A DNA stretch of 63,284 nucleotides, the filler included, from Octopus bimaculoides (lineage: Eukaryota): the NCBI RefSeq assembly GCF_001194135.2. It is 8 parts of 7 records of this genome, joined end to end, with 100 filler letters (N's around TTAATTAATTAA, not from the genome) between each part and the next. Parts side by side here need not be neighbours in the genome. Positions count along the whole stretch, not along the records: positions 23,556 to 27,962 come from NC_069009.1; positions 28,063 to 48,676 come from NC_069001.1; 6 more parts are not named here. The stretch is one strand, 5' to 3'. The translations under genes were made by a program, and so were the position numbers. Shown here one piece after another: positions 23,556 to 36,749 of the stretch (the first letter of the stretch is position 1; every line of letters starts with the position of its first letter). The notes below the pieces were generated by a model. That model searched no databases and was not told the DNA's origin. It saw nothing but the letters and a program-made list of their open reading frames with translations.

Positions 23556-25745
23556 CAACTGGTTCAGGAACATCTGGTGGTGCAGATCTATCTCATCGAA
23601 TGATAAATAAATAAATACAAGTCGTTAAAATGACTGCTCTGCAATATAACTCCCCGTTTTGTAGAGAGGAAAACAACCAGACGGAGGAAATATCTTTATT
23701 TATATAGAAGATCAGAAATAAAATCACAGATGGCAAAAAGAGAAATGAACAAACAATCCAGCGAGAAAAGTATTGAAAATAACTGTTAACAGATATGGAT
23801 GTATAAACGCCCTCGGGCAAGCTGCATGGCGCGAGTACACTCACTCATACAAGCATCCGCAAAAATGTGAGCATACGCACACGTGAGGTTTGGTGCACTC
23901 ATGATCACAAAGTGAGTTAGTTATTTACTTGGTGTTTGTAAGAATGGGGAGGTTAAAAGTAAACTTGAGTCATCCATACCTTAAAGTAAATTAGATTATG
24001 TTAATGTTTACTCAAAATTCATTGTTAGTCCATAGAATAGACAGGGATTCCTCGGAGCAGAGACGGCATCTCCTGGAAATTATATTGCATAGTTTTGCAT
24101 ACCTTACCATGGACCAATTTATGCTGTACTTCATCCTATCCTCCTTCAGTTGCCATACAAAATCTGCCAAAGATGTTAAATGTTCTCTTATTGATTGACT
24201 TAAAACTGGCAACATGGTTACGATAATGATTCTTAAATGAATCAGCTGACTGCCCAATGTAAACATATGGCTCTTCCTTGTGTGCACAGTACATTTATAT
24301 ACAAGATTTGTACTCATACAGAGATTCATCAAAGGACATTTTGAGTTTTCTCTGCATGAGCATTTATCATTTTTATTTGTATATAAGGCAGTCCCAACTC
24401 CATTTACCACCGTTGTTACCATGTTAGCTATTTCTTAAGCATTTCTACTACTACAGATTGATCGTAATTGGTGTCTATCATTGCGGTTTACATCTCTTTG
24501 GTTGGTATTTAGATGCAAATGTTCACTAGATCCAGTATGTGGGTTATTGAACCTTTGCCGCATTTTGCTATTGTTTATGCGATGCATAAGCTGCTCTAAA
24601 TTAGCAGAGTTGGCGTAGGGTACCTTCACGGTGTGTCGATTAAAAATAGCATGATATCGATTAGATTTAGGAAAACACTTCTCCAAAGCAACAAAAAATT
24701 TTCCAGCAATCTTGGTTGAAACATGCAAACCGAAAATCGGGTTGAACCAGAAAACATCCTGATTCCTATATCCGTTGTTAGGCTTATTTGATCGAGTGTG
24801 TTGTACAGGATTAGAACAAGCAGTTGAATTATGTTGCATGTGTCTATGAGTTTTCGTTGGTAGTTCATTGATATGACCAATTCTTTCTGGCCTGTATTCT
24901 TTATCTAAGTGGGTTCTCAAACGGTAACGTTGTGGTGGTATACGATATGCATCGCAGTTGTAGGAATTACCAGTGTGTTTATGCCTGCTTCTTGTATATA
25001 TTGAATTTTTTCACAGTGCCCAGCCCTAGCTAGAGCATCATTGTAATAAGATGCATGAGATTCAAAAATTTTATTGCTATCAGATAATCTAGAGGTTCTT
25101 GTAGAAATATGTTTAACTAGTCACCGTACAATCGAGGTTGGATGCTACGTTAATGTACTTGTTATGATCATTTGGCTTATGAAATGGTTCAAATAATCCA
25201 GTATCAAAATAGAAGGTAGCGTCAAGAAAATTCATTCTACGATAATTTTTGCCTATAGTAATGTTTAGTCCTAAATTTTTGAAAAGTCTAAAGAAATTTT
25301 TTTTATGCCTTTACTTTAAGGTATGGATGATTCAAGTTTACTATTAACCTCCTCATTCCTATAAACAGTAAGCAAATAACTCGCTTTGTGATCATGAGTG
25401 CACGAAACCTCACATTTTTGCGGATGCTTGTATGAGCGAGTGTGCTCGCGCCATATCTGTTAACGGTTATTTTCAATACTTTTCTCGCTGGATTGCGTGT
25501 TCGTTTCTCTTTTTGTCATCTGCGATTTTATTTCTGGTCTATATAAATGAAGATATTTCCTCCGTCTGGTTGTTTTCCTCTCTACAAAACAGGAAGTTAC
25601 ATTGCGGAGCAGTCATTTTAACGAACTGTATTTATTTATTTATCACCCGACGAGATACATCTGCACCACCGGATGCTCCTGAACCAGTTGTTGAATGTCC
25701 CACCCAAGAGGAATCGATGATAGATGTGCCGAAACAATTGTCGTG
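23556..25745 (-). mobile_element. 5'-truncated Penelope-like retroelement with 3' pseudo-LTR (23556-23990) and inverted pseudo-LTR (25310-25745)
   Basis: Minus strand: RT C-terminus (FKNLGLNITIGKNYRRMNFLDATFYFDTGLFEPFHKPND, ~25300-25130), linker (VFWFNP...IAGKFF...IFNRHTVKVPY, ~24800-24600), GIY-YIG endonuclease (CSCRENSKCPL...LVYKCTV...FVWQLK...RRCRLCSEE, ~24370-24020); flanked by ~380-435-bp inverted copies of the 3' UTR. Confidence 0.85.
25701..25745 (+). ncRNA. Decayed minimal type I hammerhead ribozyme in the Penelope inverted pseudo-LTR
   Basis: CAC-[CCAAGA, corrupted CUGANGA]-GG..CC-GAAA-C-AATT-G-TC-GTG: stem I CAC/GTG, GUC triplet, palindromic AAUU loop in stem III; core damaged. Confidence 0.55.
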
Positions 25746-26596
25746 ATTAATAATAAATTCTCGTATATTCCATCTTTTGTCTTTCATTTGCTATATACTA
25801 ACGATCACTCTGAAAGTGACCGTGCTTTACCAGTAAGCTACCAGTTGTAAACCATTCGTTTTATTATCCATTATATANNNNNNNNNNNNNNNNNNNNNNN
25901 NNNNNNNNNNNNNNNNNNNNNNNNNNNNNNNNNNNNNNNNNNNNNNNNNNNNNNNNNNNNNNNNNNNNNNNNNNNNNNNNNNNNNNNNNNNNNNNNNNNN
26001 NNNNNNNNNNNNNNNNNNNNNNNNNNNNNNNNNNNNNNNNNNNNNNNNNNNNNNNNNNNNNNNNNNNNNNNNNNNNNNNNNNNNNNNNNNNNNNNNNNNN
26101 NNNNNNNNNNNNNNNNNNNNNNNNNNNNNNNNNNNNNNNNNNNNNNNNNNNNNNNNNNNNNNNNNNNNNNNNNNNNNNNNNNNATAATAGTATATATTGT
26201 ATACGACTTGAGATGTTTGCCTTGCCTTAATGTTTGTTGTCCTTTTTAACAATTATATATATATATATATATATATATAAAGAATAATAATAAATGGAGC
26301 AAAACGCATATAATCAATAATTTCTTTTAATTCCTACATATGTTTCAAAAATTATATGCACGCTACTCCAAAGAAGTGAGAGATGCTGGAATATGCACAT
26401 AAATTCATCGTCAGGAAACCATATTACAAATGCAAGACTTACGCTAAGTGCTACGATTGCGTACGAGTAATAATACTATATAGCTAAGTGAAACGACCGT
26501 TAGAAACAAGAACGCTAGTTTACAGGGAGCTGTTTAGGGAGAGAGGCTATGAACGTTATACTAAGAGTTTAAATTAAAAGAAGACATAATGAACCG

Positions 26597-26633
<37 letters not shown>

Positions 26634-26718
26634 GAGGATAAGCATATTAAAAGATGTCCGTGGAAAAACTCATTTAAATAAAAGGAGTCTTTGGTAGTGA
26701 AAAGGTTGGGAACCACTG

Positions 26719-26905
26719 TTTTAATCATTAGACTGCAGCCATGCTGGGGCATCACCTTGGAGAAATTTTTGTCGAATTTATCGACGCAACTACTTAATTT
26801 TTTTCTAAAGCCTAGTACTTATTCTGTCGGGCCGCTAAGTTATGGGGATATAAACATACCAGCACCGGTTTTCAAGCGTTGGGGGAGGGGACAAACATTG
26901 ACACA
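26719..26905 (-). mobile_element. SINE (family E) fragment
   Basis: GACTGCAGCCATGCTGGGGCATCACC...AAGCCTAGTACTTATTCTGTCGGGCCGCTAAGTTATGGGGATATAAACATACCAGC; related pieces at ~10420-10610, ~19020-19070 and ~48780-48920. Confidence 0.65.
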
Positions 26906-27120
26906 AAAATGAATACACACACACACACATATATATATTCGGCGGGCTTCTTTCAGTTTCCGTTAACAAATCCGTTCCCATGGATTTAGACATTTGCAGT
27001 GAAATTGAACTCAAACCCACGTGGTTAGGAAGCAAATTTATTACCACACAGCCAAGCATGCTAGTGTTTCTGCTTTCGTCGGTTCTGGATTTGTATTTTA
27101 AAGTGGTTTTGTATTATATA

Positions 27121-27962
27121 TACAGGGTGCAATGGATATATTGTCGTCATTTTATATTTTTAATTTCGCGCATGCGCATTGGTTGTTTTTGATTTTGTCG
27201 ACTACACAGTATGGTAGGGTCAGTTGGGCACTGTCTGTGAGAAAAACAGCACCATGATGCAATTCACTCTGACAGAAATTTGGAAAAGACATGCTGTACT
27301 GTTTGACATTCACGCCGGAAGCTCCAATGCGAACATTTCAGAGTGTTTGAGTGTCAATCTGAGGACAATGCAGAGGATTCAGATTCATAAAAATCAAACA
27401 TCCAGTCAACATTATGGTGTTTGGAGTGATCCCTAGTAAAGGTGACGTTATGCCTCCATTCATTTTCCCACACAGCCTCACACTCAACATGGCGGCCGAC
27501 ATCAAGTGCCTGGAGGAGGTAGTACTGCTCTGAGTCAAGAGGATGGCTGCTGGAAGACCCTATGTCTGATAACAGGACTCTGCACCATGCCACACAAGCA
27601 GGAGAACCCAGTCATAATCGTCAGTCAATTTCTGCGACTACATCACCCCTAACATCTGGCCACCTAACTCAACAGACTGTAAGCCCCTTGATTATTATGT
27701 GTGGGGCGCAGTTGAGTGAGAGACCAACAAAACTCCTTGTAACACCAAAGATGAACTGAAGGCAAAGATTATGACAGCATTCACCAACTTAAACAAGGAG
27801 ACCATCCAGAAGAGTTGCAGGAGATTCCGAAGTCGATGGGGGCTGTGGGTGAAACCAATGGCGATTTTATTGAATAAATTTACTCCTTATTATTTCAAGA
27901 TATTTTTATGTAATTTTTATAAATATATCTGTTAAAATGAGATGTCAGTGTTATTTTCATTT
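27121..27962 (+). mobile_element. Tc1/mariner DD37D (maT-like) transposon remnant, internally deleted, cut by spacer
   Basis: TA-CAGGGTG terminus at 27121; QDSAPCHTSRRTQS*SSVNFCDYITPNIWPPNSTDCKPLDYYVW has 37 residues between the last two Asp; multiple stops. Confidence 0.85.
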
Positions 27963-28062
27963 NNNNNNNNNNNNNNNNNNNNNNNNNNNNNNNNNNNNNN
28001 NNNNNNTTAATTAATTAANNNNNNNNNNNNNNNNNNNNNNNNNNNNNNNNNNNNNNNNNNNN
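27963..28062. other. Artificial scaffold-join spacer N44-TTAATTAATTAA-N44
   Basis: 12-mer at 28007-28018. Confidence 0.95.
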
Positions 28063-28132
28063 ATACTCGCTTATATATATACACACATATTCATATATAT
28101 ATATATAAATGTGTGTGTGTGCATGAATATGA

Positions 28133-28165
<33 letters not shown>

Positions 28166-29855
28166 CGCATACATACCTTTAGTGACATACTGCCACCCAC
28201 GAACGCTCACACGCACTCATACATACTCACATACTCACGTACACACTCAGGTATGAGTGTGAGAGTTGTGTGTGTGTGTGTTGTGTGCGTGCATATATGT
28301 ATGCATGTATACATGTATATATGTATAAAACCACAAAACGAATATTTCTTTTGAAGGCATTTCAAATTACGAACAGGTTGAACCTGTTTATTTTTTCTCG
28401 TTTTTGTTTTCTTTTCTTTATTTTTCTTCGTCTTCTTCTTTCTTTGAGACAGACATAAAAATATATAAAATAACACAAAAAAGAATCGAATGACAAAATT
28501 AAATCTATTGAAAATACATTTCTTATTTACGTATAGTCCATGTAGCTTTTTATTCATGATTTCCCATAGAATTTTCTTTTTTTTTTCATCTAGTTATGAT
28601 GAATTACATAAACCTTATTTGTTTCTTATTTCTTATTTTCCTTTTTTTTCTTCTTTTTCTTTGTTTATTTATTTTCTCACTGAAGCAAATCACGTGTTTG
28701 AACATCTGAAAGTCCAGGAACGCTTTATATGGTTGTCTTGCTTGATGAGCTGAACGAAAACTTTCTTCATGAGATTGAGATGAAACTAACGTGGTCTGAA
28801 TGAGTCATAGGGGTTTCTTAGCCTCCTTTTCTGTCCTGACCTGGCCAAACAAATCACCATCAACTGTTGATAGTATTCTATACTGGTCTATCTGCCTTCC
28901 TTTACCGACTTCCACCACCCCCACCAATAACAACAACAATAACAACGTGTCACAATTATTCACTCCGAGCCGACGAATAAAAGAAGCTTCTACGTGATCG
29001 CTCTATAAGCTAGGAATAGCAAACAAATCCTCCTTCAAACATACGTTACAGAATAACATTAAAATAAATGCAACGAAATGCGTTAGATAATGCAGTACTA
29101 AGCGCACTAAGGTCAATTTTTAAGAGATAGGTTACCATGATATAAACATCTTCGATCGTAGATCTGTCTGAATCAGAACAGACCTAGGGCGAAACAGTAA
29201 CTTGATAGGCAATAGATTTGGAATGTTATATACTACATGCATTCTGTCACAATAATCGATCTGGCTGCTTGATCTTAAATGTGGATGAGAGACCTGGGAT
29301 CTTTGTGGTTTTCATCATTGTTTACAATTATCTATAAAATAAATTTGTTGATGTAATTATTGACGCTGAATCGGAATTTGTTGTTCATTTATTCAAGAAA
29401 AATTTGCAAAAATGTTACAGGTCTTCAAAGTTTGATCATTTTCAGAATTTTCAGCAAATCTTCCATCATCAGGGGTTGGACATCGGTATGTCGAAACATT
29501 GCTAGAAATAACTATCAAAACATTAGAATATACACGAGCAAAGTTAACATTAAAACATTTGCGAGCAAATTAAATATTTAAAAGCTACGAACAAACAATT
29601 CAACGGGAGTTGCTAGAAATTACAGTCAAAACATTGTTTAAAACAAACATTTATTAGTTAAAAAAAAATTCAAGAACGAAAATTTGTAATACACTCTACA
29701 ATTTTATAAAATAAGTCATCTTTTTCGTATCTCCTTGGCCACGACTGAAACAACTGACCATAGATATGTAGATTCAAAAGCTGACGTTGGGTTATATAAC
29801 TAACACTACAGCTGCTGCTGATGCTGTAATTTCAATTGATACTACAATAATTTTT

Positions 29856-30040
29856 AAGGCGGTGAGCTTAGCGACATTTCTTCCGTCTTTACGTTCTGAG
29901 TTCAAATTCCACCAAGGTCGATATGCATTTCATCCTTTCAGGGTCGATAAAATAAGTACCAGATGTACATTGGGGTTCGATGAAATCAATTTACACCCTC
30001 CCCCTGAAAATGCTGGCCTTTTGCAAAAGCTTGAAACTCA
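29856..30040 (+). mobile_element. tRNA-derived SINE (family A)
   Basis: AAGGCGGTGAGCT...TTCTGAGTTCAAATTCCACCAAGGTCGA...TTTCATCCTTTCAGGGTCGATAAAATAAGTACCAG. Confidence 0.85.
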
Positions 30041-30966
30041 TATTGATGTCCGGGCAGCATATTGAGCGGCGTGTTTGTTTCTTGGTTTTAGTATTCGCGT
30101 TTCCAACTCTCCGATCTCGGAGTTCAAATCCTGTCAAGACTAATGTGTTCTTTTTATCTTTTCGGAAAACGATATACAACGCACCAGTCAAGTACTGGTC
30201 TCTTTCTCTCTCTCTCTCTCTCTCTTTGTATCTATCTTTCTCTATCTCTCTTATTCTCTGTGCAGGAATTCACTACGTTACACTGTGATAAAAGTTGCCC
30301 AAGGTGCAACGCAGTGGGACTGAGCCCGGAACCGTGTGGTTGGAAAGCAAGTTTCTTACCACACAACCACACCTGCACCTCCATTTGCCCATTACAAAGT
30401 GAGTGTGGAGTGATGTGAGAGCGGGCGAGTGAGAAAGAGAGAGAAAGAGATTTGGTTGCTATTTCTAGCTGGTCAAGCGACTGTTTGAGAGGCTTTCATG
30501 TTATTGTAAGTTTGTATAACTCTCAGCCTTCATTTACATTTTTATTTTGCTCTATTTTTTTTTTTTTTTTTTCATAACACAAATTACTCACGAATTTTTT
30601 GACTTTGAAAGGTTTAACAGACTTTTGTTGACATTTATTTAACTATTTCAAACCCACCATAAATGGTAGCTGTTCTTATATTTCAGAGTTAATGGCCAGT
30701 TATATGATTAAAATATCTCAGTCAACAAAGTCAAAAATAAACGATTGACAACCCTGTTTTGCATGGCAACCAAAGACACCTCACCCTCTTTCTCTCCCTC
30801 TCTCTCTCTTTCTCTTTTTCCTCCCACCCACTCACAGGCACATATATAATATAATACAAATATAATACACACACAAACATTTATATGAACACATATATAT
30901 ATATTTGCACATATATGCACATACATGCATATGTGTATGTATATACATGCATATACATGCATATGA

Positions 30967-31017
<51 letters not shown>

Positions 31018-32464
31018 TATATTCACACGCACACTCACACACAAACACGTTTTGTTTCTCTCTTTCTTTCTCTCTTTCTTTCTCTCTCTCTCTCTCTCTN
31101 NNNNNNNNNNNNNNNNNNNNNNNNNNNNNNNNNNNNNNNNNNNNNNNNNNNNNNNNNNNNNNNNNNNNNNNNNNNNNNNNNNNNNNNNNNNNNNNNNNNN
31201 NNNNNNNNNNNNNNNNNNNNNNNNNNNNNNNNNNNNNNNNNNNNNNNNNNNNNNNNNNNNNNNNNNNNNNNNNNNNNNNNNNNNNNNNNNNNNNNNNNNN
31301 NNNNNNNNNNNNNNNNNNNNNNNNNNNNNNNNNNNNNNNNNNNNNNNNNNNNNNNNNNNNNNNNNNNNNNNNNNNNNNNNNNNNNNNNNNNNNNNNNNNN
31401 NNNNNNNNNNNNNNNNNNNNNNNNNNNNNNNNNNNNNNNNNNNNNNNNNNNNNNNNNNNNNNNNNNNNNNNNNNNNNNNNNNNNNNNNNNNNNNNNNNNN
31501 NNNNNNNNNNNNNNNNNNNNNNNNNNNNNNNNNNNNNNNNNNNNNNNNNNNNNNNNNNNNNNNNNNNNNNNNNNNNNNNNNNNNNNNNNNNNNNNNNNNN
31601 NNNNNNNNNNNNNNNNNNNNNNNNNNTAAGAATGAAGAATTTAAACATTCAAACTTTGTTTATTCTCAGTTAGTTTATTCATAATAATTGTCCGACAAGT
31701 GCTTCAATCGCTCTAGCTGCATATTGCTGCATATTTATATGTAGCGATGTATGCATTATTAGTACGATCTCTTCAGGGCACATAAGTATGACATTGTTAG
31801 AAGAGGAATTTTCCTCCTCTATTACTTTGAATGTATATATGAAACATCATTTTTCAGCGTATTCTTTTTTCAGTTAACACGGTATAGTGTGATTTAAAGA
31901 AATTTCACTGCTAAATTATACCTGGTTTCGCTCCCGCACAGAGGCCCTCCGTCGTCGATTCAAACTAGAGTTTGAGCCCATTCCAGATAAATCGTGAGTT
32001 TGATCTGTCGTGAGCCCATCCCAGATCAATCGCAGTTGAAAATCTATAGTGAAAGACGTTCCAGTCGTGAGCATTTCTATATTTGTATATCAGAAAATTT
32101 TTGGTCCAATATAGCTTTCATTTAAAGGTGCAATCTATGACTTTTAAGTGATTCTTTCAACAGGGTTTTATAACAGCTGATCGGTCGAGTGTTTACCACT
32201 TTTGACATGTCTGATGGCAAAAGTGTTTAATGTCAAAAACGTTTGTAAAAACTACAATACGTCTGTTATATTATTCATGTAAATATAGAGTTTAATCAAA
32301 TCTAAAACTCATAACTTTGTACAAAAGTGGAACAAATCTTTTGTTTTGAATTACATTTGAATTTGTTATGAGTTTTTTTTTCTCTCTACTTATAATTTAA
32401 AGTATCGTGTTTTGTGTACTTTAGCAAAATATTGTCATTTTAATGACACTAAATATGTATGCAT

Positions 32465-32503
<39 letters not shown>

Positions 32504-32571
32504 TATGTGTACACATACGTATATGTGTATCATATATACATACATACATACATACACACACACACTCATCC

Positions 32572-32574
<3 letters not shown>

Positions 32575-32661
<87 letters not shown>

Positions 32662-32673
32662 GTGTGTGTGTGT
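32575..32673. repeat. (TG)n microsatellite
   Basis: Near-perfect ~100-bp TG run. Confidence 0.95.
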
Positions 32674-33566
32674 AATCTTTTCTGTATAGTCACTTCTACT
32701 AAGAGCTCATACCAGGCAATGCTGTGTTTTAAATGGCGGATTGAGACGCTTTTTACTATTCCAGCTTTTTTTACTATTCCATTGATCACAAATCTTGGAT
32801 GATTGGATTCTATGTGGTTGTACTATAACGTTTCCTTTAGCATATGAGAAGAGTAGTACAACTGAGAAGAGATATCTAATGTGGCATCAAGAATGTTTAC
32901 AATATTTTTCGAGTTCAAAAATTGCGATTTATGACATAAAATTCCTCTAGAATTAGCCAGAGCTAATAATGACAAACTCTACAAAATATTGTTAAACACA
33001 TCTCTGCAAATGCAATGTACATAAACAATTCACTTTAAATACAACGAACAACCGACAGTGAGAGCGTTTTTAGCAGATCCCCAAACGGGGCTCCCAGGAA
33101 GGGAATGGATTAATGATCAGCAAGAAATAATATCCGTGTATCCCCATAAAAACAAAAATTAAATGCATTTTTATTGATTGTTTCTAAATTTCTTGGACTT
33201 GTCATATATGTAGCAAGAAAATAGGGGTATTTTGTTCAAAGTTTGAAAGATTTCAACAAAATAGGGCAAAAATTGCAATGTAGGTAATTCGAGTTGTTGA
33301 TTTTAAACAACGTGATAATTATTACCTCGCTATCAGGTGCCAATAACTGCCATATATCCGGTTTTGTCAAGTGTCGTGACACTGCGTACCTTGTCTAGTA
33401 CACTCCTTTTAGCACCAAAACTAAATATACCAATATAGTTAATTTTAACCCTTTACATATCGCTGTTTACATTGCTTTTCCATCTCACCTGTGTTTGAAC
33501 AAATAAATACTAGTAATAAACTTGGTTCGAATTACTTTAGCATCATTCTCACTTGGATGACGATTT

Positions 33567-34350
33567 TACAAGGGTGGGCTGAAAAGTTTAAACGTTGACT
33601 ATGAAGGAGTGATAACACAGCTGTGAAATTTTGCATGCATTAATTTCAACACTTCTTCTTAATAACTACATTGTTTCTTTCCCGGTAAACTGACATCTGA
33701 CTGTTTACGGAAGACTTCAAAAGTAACTGGTTGCAACTTCTCTTGAAAATTGACAAAATTTAACATCGTGGATTTATCAAGTGTCTGCAGAAAAAGGGTA
33801 TAGTCCCCAAAGACAATGACGCTGACATGGTTGCTACATTAGGGGATGATGTTCCACCTTTATCAACGGTGCAAAAGTGGGCAGATGAATTTAGGAGGAG
33901 AAGGAAGAGTCTTGAAGATGAACCGACTTCTGGACGTCCTGCAACTGCCACTACCAAGGAAAACATTGATTGTGTTCACGACATGGTGAGAGAGTTGAGA
34001 ATACTTTCCACAATGAACTTGAGATGACGAAAGTTTCTGCTCGATGGTTGCCACGTCTTTTGACATCTGATCCAAAGTGCACCAAGTTGATCACATCAAG
34101 GGAAAAGCCGACATTGTTTGAGGTAGACCCATTTGGCTTCCTTGAACGTGTCCTAACCCAGGATGATCATTGGGTTCATCACTTTGAGTCGGCGACAAAG
34201 AGACGATCCATGCAGTGGAAATACCTCTTCTCACCTGCTCCAAAGAAGGCCAAGGTTGTTTTATCTGCAGTGAAGGTGATGGTCTCAGTTTTTTGGGGAT
34301 ACAAAAGGCATCGTGTTTATTGACTATATTCAAAAGGGCCATATCAATGG
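33567..34350 (+). mobile_element. mariner (DD34D-type) transposon remnant
   Basis: TA-CAAGGGTGGGCTGAAAAG terminus; TVQKWADEFRRRRKSLEDEPTSGRP (HTH), VSARWLPRLLT, LTQDDHWVHHF (first catalytic Asp), SAVKVMVSVFWG; frameshifted and truncated. Confidence 0.88.
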
Positions 34351-34976
34351 TTGCTGTGCGTGACTGTAGCTTTGAGCTGGTTAAAGAAATCGATCCCAGT
34401 ACTAATTTGTTTTTGATCTGTTTTTTTTTTTAAGTCTGATACTTATTCTAGCATTCTCTTGCGTGGAATCGTTGGGTTACGGTGATGTGAACAAACCAAC
34501 AGCAGATGTAAAATAAGTCAGCGTCGAATCGGCGCAAAAATGTCCGTGTCAACATGTCTCATGTTCTCAGACGGAGTTCTCTCTTTCATATGCATTCACG
34601 CCAGGTTCAAAGGCCTGGGAATAAATAACAAAGCCTCTTGACGTGTTACTTCCTACTGTAACAGTCGAGACATCTTCCTCTCTTTACTTCACNNNNNNNN
34701 NNTGGCCATTGATATATTCATAAATAATCTTAATTATTTATAATATATCCTTCGTAATGTTTTTACATTACTCTCTACTTATATATATTTTCCTAACTCA
34801 TTTTTTGGGTGATTTTACTGTGACTCGAGATCAGCGGTCTTTTTACTTAAACACTGTCCATAGCATTTGAATTCAAAGCTTGATTGTGTAGATAGAGGTG
34901 AAAACATTGCTATTGCCGATCGGGATTCATGCTAGCCCCAAGGTAAAGTCTTGTTTTGATTTATATCTATAGGAAT

Positions 34977-35042
34977 ATTTCCCCTGACGAGACGAATGGG
35001 TCCTTTAAATGGTCCCTAGCGCCGAAATTGCAATAGGGAATT
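34977..35042 (+). ncRNA. Minimal type I hammerhead ribozyme (Penelope-type), catalytic core intact
   Basis: Stem I TTCCC(34979-83)/GGGAA(35036-40); CUGACGA 34984-90; stem II closed by G34991-C35023 (8 of 13 positions paired); GAAA 35024-27; stem III U-A/A-U with palindromic UGCA loop (ATTGCAAT); AUA cleavage triplet 35033-35. Confidence 0.75.
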
Positions 35043-35313
35043 AACCAATTATTTTCGAGTTGTGGATTCTATTTGCCTTGTTACTCGAGGACTGTTTTTA
35101 TCGTGAGAAATTATATGAGTGATATAATGGCTTTATAACGGTTTTGGCTGCTATTTTTACCATGTAAGGGTTTTTTTAACCCTCTTAGTTATAAAATCTG
35201 GCTGTTATTACCTAGTAGAGACCTTCACACTCCGCCTTATTGGATAATATAATTTATTTTAAGTCCACCAGATCTGGGTTAGATTTGATCAAAACAACTA
35301 CTACTAATAGTAC

Positions 35314-35314
<1 letters not shown>

Positions 35315-35345
<31 letters not shown>

Positions 35346-35362
35346 CTGCTGTTGCTGCTGCT
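35315..35362. repeat. (CTG)n microsatellite
   Basis: About 15 CTG units with two interruptions; no flanking exon signals. Confidence 0.9.
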
Positions 35363-36749
35363 TGACTTGCTAGCAGTGACAGCTAAATCTCCCTCAAATT
35401 ACGAGATACTGTTTTTAAAAAAAAAAACGAAGATATTGGATAATGTAGTTGTAGATATACAATTAGTCTAGATAGTCTTGGCTGGCTTGTGCACTTTTAT
35501 CATAGATCAGGGTTGATCTGGAACTAAACAACTACAGCAACATCGACAACAACAATATATATACGGCAATATTTATTTCAAGATAAGATTTCTATAGGTA
35601 CCTCTGTTTTTGGATTGCTCTGTAGCCAAACCGGAAACGAACGTAATAAAATGGTTGTAGAACAAAAGTGTAATGAAATGTCAGGAAAACGTAACATGGA
35701 GATTGTTTCAAATGTCTGTGTCTTGTGAAGTCGCTGACTGTGGCAGATCTGGTTTAAATTACTGGGAATTAGGCGATGTCGGAACCATATCTAACAGGGG
35801 GTTAGAGAGACAGAAAGAACAATGAACAGAGATATGTGATGCAGGGACCTTTAAAGCCAACTTTAAATAATAAATTACCGAAGGAAATTAATTAGAGGCG
35901 AAACACATAGAAAAACAAAAGTTGAGTTAATGTTGACATATTTAATGAAGTGAGCATATAAAAAACAAGCTAATTAAAAATAATAATAATAATGCTGAGT
36001 GGAAAGGACATTAACTCAATGACTAATATATTTTTTAATTCATTTTATTCGTCTTATTCATTTCATGTTTCATGTTTGTTACACCTCCTCAGTGAATCAT
36101 AGAATTCCTTCGCTGTACTTACCGAAGTGGTAATGAGATGACCACTAAGTAGATGTAAAATACCGCACACGTGTGGGCGTAAAAATTAGCATATTAAAAA
36201 ATAAACACTTACAGAAATTATTCAGAGGTTCATTGCTTCAATTAGCATTCTTCTAGTATTCACTACACGAAATAAAATAACACTACCCAACTTTAAAACG
36301 GTTTGTTTCGTAACACTTCATGATAATTAAAATTGTCAAACTCTTCTATCAACTTTAAAAAGATACGACAAATTATTTTATTAGTGACAGCTATGAATTG
36401 CTGAAGATTGCGAAAAATGAAGTGGTGATGGATGCTGTGACGAGGAATGGAATGAAATAGCTAAAGAATGATGAAAGTCACTGGGTTAGGGGAGTGATGG
36501 AAATGAATGACGAAGAAAGGAGTCGACAAAGACGATGGCGAACGAAATGATGGTAATGGAGATATTTTATTTAAGTATGTACATTGTATACAAGTAATAA
36601 GCAAATGAATAATAATCTCATAAATAAGACATCTTATCAACATTGAGAATATAACATTTTCAAATATTTAATTTAGGCAAGTAGATACTTTTTATACAAA
36701 TTAATGACTTCTTTCAATTTGCTTCTTTTTTTTTATGTTTTAGAAAGCA

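Noticed and set aside
32680-32789. Minus-strand peptide KKAGIVKSVSIRHLKHSIA resembling a tyrosine-recombinase H-x-L-R-H box.
   Set aside because: Very short; the catalytic residues do not match, part of it comes from a 17-bp tandem duplication (TGGAATAGTAAAAA..GC), and it runs into a (CA)n repeat.
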